Source: Candidatus Asgardarchaeum abyssi
GTDB lineage: Archaea; Asgardarchaeota; Asgardarchaeia; Asgardarchaeales; Asgardarchaeaceae
Assembly: GCA_040225955.1 (NCBI GenBank)
Contig: JBECUL010000017.1
Span: forward strand, 1 to 38,229
DNA: 38,229 nt
Direction of reading: 5' to 3'
Within the stretch, counting starts at the first letter, position 1, and each line of letters opens with the position of its first letter. Positions 35,736 through 38,229 of this stretch are shown here, one piece after another. The position numbers and the translations under genes are program-made. The notes below the pieces were generated by a model. That model searched no databases. It saw nothing but the letters and a program-made list of their open reading frames with translations, and was not told where the DNA came from.

Positions 35736-37766
35736 TCAACTAATAGAGTGGGGATTATTCACTAGGTAGTATCTATATGGTTTCATATTGTTAGTTTTTA
35801 TTAAACCATTTTTGACTAATATGTTTAATTTTTGCCTTATATATACTACATGTTTATCTAGCTTCTTTGCGATCTCACTTGCAGTAATGCCTGGATTTTC
35901 CCTAATTATTTCCAAAATCGTATTTGAAATTTTAGTGAGTAATTTTCCACTTAAAGCTTCCTTTACCTTTTCAACAAACTCTTTATTTTGAATATCAATG
36001 TCTTCTATGAAACGTATACTTGATTCTTTTGTCAATCTAATTTGGTACTGCATTATTTTGAGAATTTCAATATCGATGAGTATATTTTTATCGCCATCAT
36101 ACTCTGTTATTTCGATATCTTTAGTTGTATCATTTATTTTAAACATCTTCTCATATATCACGTTTCCATTCTTTAACAAGCGTACTACAGCAAAGTCAAC
36201 AGGATATGGATTCTTAGTTAAGTTATGATAATTTTCTAAATGAATCTTTAATTTACCATCAAATATTTCAGCACTTATAATGCAATTAAGTGTTCTAGTA
36301 TTCGCATTCTTTTGCTCACCAGGATTAAGTTGAACAGCTACTTTGTGCTTATTGACAACAACCTTACTTTCATATCCTAGTGAGTTTAATAATTTATTTA
36401 CGAAACGAGCTTTCTTAACATCCTTTCCAATAGTCAGTACTATGACAGATTGAGAAATTGTACCTTTAATGTCAGTGTATCCTCGTAGGAATGCTTTTTT
36501 CACGCTATCAGGAGACTTGTCTAATAATTCCGGGATTTTACTAATTATATTTGAAAGTATATATGCTTGAGGAGTCAAATATATAACCATCTGTCCAGCA
36601 ATTTTTTTGGTGAAGTGAAGCCCTTTTGTTATTATTGTTACATTCTCAGGTAAAAGTCCGAGCTCAGAAATCCATTCTTGCTTTATTTTTTCTATATCTT
36701 CTTTACTTTTTATATGGTGAGGAGGTATATGGAGGTAGAAGTTAACATCCTCCGGTGATACATCAAATACTTTAAGTCTCTCTAATCCAAGCTTATGTAT
36801 TTCTTTGCTGGTATTAGTAAGGACTATATGTCCACCTCTTATTTTTGATAGATAAAACATTCCACAAACTTCAGCCATTTTCTCATTAAATGTTAAATAG
36901 AAGGGGAGTTTAGCAAATTTTTTTCCAATACCTATTTTTATCTGTGGCCAAATTTCTTCTAATGAAATACCAGCGATTTCACAACATTTTACAAAATTAT
37001 TAAATTTCATATGCGAAAAAGATGGACTTTCATGATCTCTTAACCAGAACAAGATTATTGTTTCTTCACTAACGCCTAGTATTTCCGCTAGCTTTTTAGC
37101 TCTAGGCCTTAAATTTAAAGTTACAGTGCCGTATTTTATAAGCTCTTCTATAGGTAAACCAGTTAGTTTTTGAGCTATATCAATTCGTATACCTCTCTGT
37201 CTCTTGATAGTATCGTCCTTAAAGTATTGATAATAGTATAGTATAATTGTATTTAAAGACAGGTTTGATTTTTCTGCTATCATTTTTAGTGCTTTACGTT
37301 TGCTTAGATTTGGAAACTCCTCTTCTATTCGTTTATCTATTAACTTCTTAAAGACTTCTTGATCAAAGTATATGTACTCGCCCTTTATGGTACCATATTT
37401 TTTCAGATCTTCTTCACTAAGTTTTGTTAATTCAATAGCCCTCTTTAGTAATATTCTTCTTAGTCTTTTAGGTGTTTTAAAAGCGGAATAGTAGTATCTC
37501 TCAACACGCCTATATGGGATTCCAATTTTTTTGGCTAAAAATTTGAACTTCGAGATCGTATCCATTTCTTTTGTTTCTGGAAAGCTTTCTAAGTACTTAT
37601 CAATTAATTCTTGAAATGTTTTTTGAGGCATTATAATGAAATCATCGGGAGATATAGGAAATGCCTTCAGCACATTTAATAGGAAAGTTCTTTGGTCAGG
37701 AAGCATAACGGACATCTTATCTGGTATTAGATCGGGCACCTTTAATTTTAAGTAATCTTCGTTCAT
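35736..37766 (-). CDS. Multi-HTH protein with a degenerate double LAGLIDADG domain and a C-terminal winged HTH
   Basis: Three N-terminal HTH-like repeats; LAGLIDADG-like helices NEKMAEVCGMFYLSK..IVLTNTSKEI and VKKAFLRGYTDIKGTI...VNKLLNSLGYESK; C-terminal ILEIIRENPGITASEIAKKL...LNILVKNGLI...YRYYL. Confidence 0.72.
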   Translation of the reverse strand: MNEDYLKLKVPDLIPDKMSVMLPDQRTFLLNVLKAFPISPDDFIIMPQKTFQELIDKYLESFPETKEMDTISKFKFLAKKIGIPYRRVERYYYSAFKTPKRLRRILLKRAIELTKLSEEDLKKYGTIKGEYIYFDQEVFKKLIDKRIEEEFPNLSKRKALKMIAEKSNLSLNTIILYYYQYFKDDTIKRQRGIRIDIAQKLTGLPIEELIKYGTVTLNLRPRAKKLAEILGVSEETIILFWLRDHESPSFSHMKFNNFVKCCEIAGISLEEIWPQIKIGIGKKFAKLPFYLTFNEKMAEVCGMFYLSKIRGGHIVLTNTSKEIHKLGLERLKVFDVSPEDVNFYLHIPPHHIKSKEDIEKIKQEWISELGLLPENVTIITKGLHFTKKIAGQMVIYLTPQAYILSNIISKIPELLDKSPDSVKKAFLRGYTDIKGTISQSVIVLTIGKDVKKARFVNKLLNSLGYESKVVVNKHKVAVQLNPGEQKNANTRTLNCIISAEIFDGKLKIHLENYHNLTKNPYPVDFAVVRLLKNGNVIYEKMFKINDTTKDIEITEYDGDKNILIDIEILKIMQYQIRLTKESSIRFIEDIDIQNKEFVEKVKEALSGKLLTKISNTILEIIRENPGITASEIAKKLDKHVVYIRQKLNILVKNGLIKTNNMKPYRYYLVNNPHSIS

Positions 37767-38101
37767 CTGTCATACACCACAGCGATGATTTAGTAAAAAT
37801 GAAAAATTTATATAATGATAAAACTTATAGTTTATAAATTTTACTATAAAATATAACTCTTGAAAAAGCGTCCGTAAATATCTATCGTTAATAACTTATA
37901 TATTTTATATTTTTTGTTTATATCAGTACTTCCGCACTATTTTCGAAATGAGTACGCTCCCTAGACACCAAGATCCGCCTCAGTCATCCATGATTTTCAA
38001 AATTCCCCAATAAAAAATATTCCGCGCACACACCAAAAAGTCATGTGAAAGCATCGTACGCATCAAATATTAGAATAACCAGTAGACATCACAATCACAA
38101 G

Positions 38102-38229
38102 TCATATTGCTATCATCACCGGCGGCGGCCAGCTCTCACGCTCACACTTGTACGGGATATCACGAACCCCACTAATAGTAATAACCTCAGTAACCTCAAA
38201 CTCGACAACTCCCTCCCAAACCAGCACAA
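38102..38229 (-). CDS. 3' end of an unidentified ORF entering from the right edge
   Basis: Open frame from the edge: VLVWEGVVEFEVTEVITISGVRDIPYKCERESWPPPVMIAI*, with TGA at 38104-38102. Higher GC and strong strand skew compared with the rest of the window. Confidence 0.5.
   Translation of the reverse strand, partial: VLVWEGVVEFEVTEVITISGVRDIPYKCERESWPPPVMIAI

Noticed and set aside
1360-36228. Numerous 60-170 aa ORFs overlapping or antisense to the main genes (e.g. 3473-3868, 8297-8623, 9215-9679, 10414-10923, 14696-15088, 18538-19002)
   Set aside because: Shadow frames of well-supported genes, with Ser/Phe/Ile-rich antisense composition and no motifs.
35736-37766. Intein or active homing endonuclease
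   Set aside because: No N-terminal Cys/Ser block, no C-terminal His-Asn, no recognisable extein; catalytic acidic residues are absent.
1-38229. CRISPR arrays, tRNA/rRNA genes, complete transposases
   Set aside because: No regularly spaced repeats, cloverleaf/T-loop motifs or transposase motifs were seen by eye; intergenic spaces are short.

Overview
AT-rich (roughly one-third GC by eye) chromosomal segment of a thermophilic archaeon, most likely an Asgard archaeon (inference from reverse gyrase, sn-glycerol-1-phosphate dehydrogenase, geranylgeranyl reductase, archaeal GAPDH and Hef, plus a roadblock/LC7 gene and several eukaryote-like proteins). Housekeeping genes: metG, TrmB regulator, GGR, PDCD5-like, tldD/pmbA, thyX, gap, hef, egsA, rgy, thpR. 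A 7-gene xanthine-oxidase-family molybdenum hydroxylase cluster has two Mo subunits and two FeS subunits but only one FAD subunit. Features missing from the ORF track: a partial roadblock gene at the left edge, an interrupted ribosomal protein eL33/L35Ae gene (2387-2797), two box C/D guide sRNAs (3633-3696, 6473-6537) and a partial ORF at the right edge. Top candidates for novelty: (1) a helical protein resembling the eukaryotic 60S-maturation factors C1orf109(AIRIM)/CINP, lying between eL33 and a C/D guide RNA predicted to target 23S rRNA; (2) a membrane-anchored subtilase with Site-1 protease (S1P/MBTPS1)-like architecture and a cytosolic PPPY motif; (3) a Rab/Ras-like pseudo-GTPase ending in a MinD-type membrane-targeting helix; (4) a catalytically degenerate LAGLIDADG protein carrying multiple HTH domains; (5) an EamA transporter fused to an Lrp/AsnC ligand-binding domain beside a stand-alone copy of that domain. 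All homology calls come from motif recognition by eye and recalled reference sequences; no searches were run.
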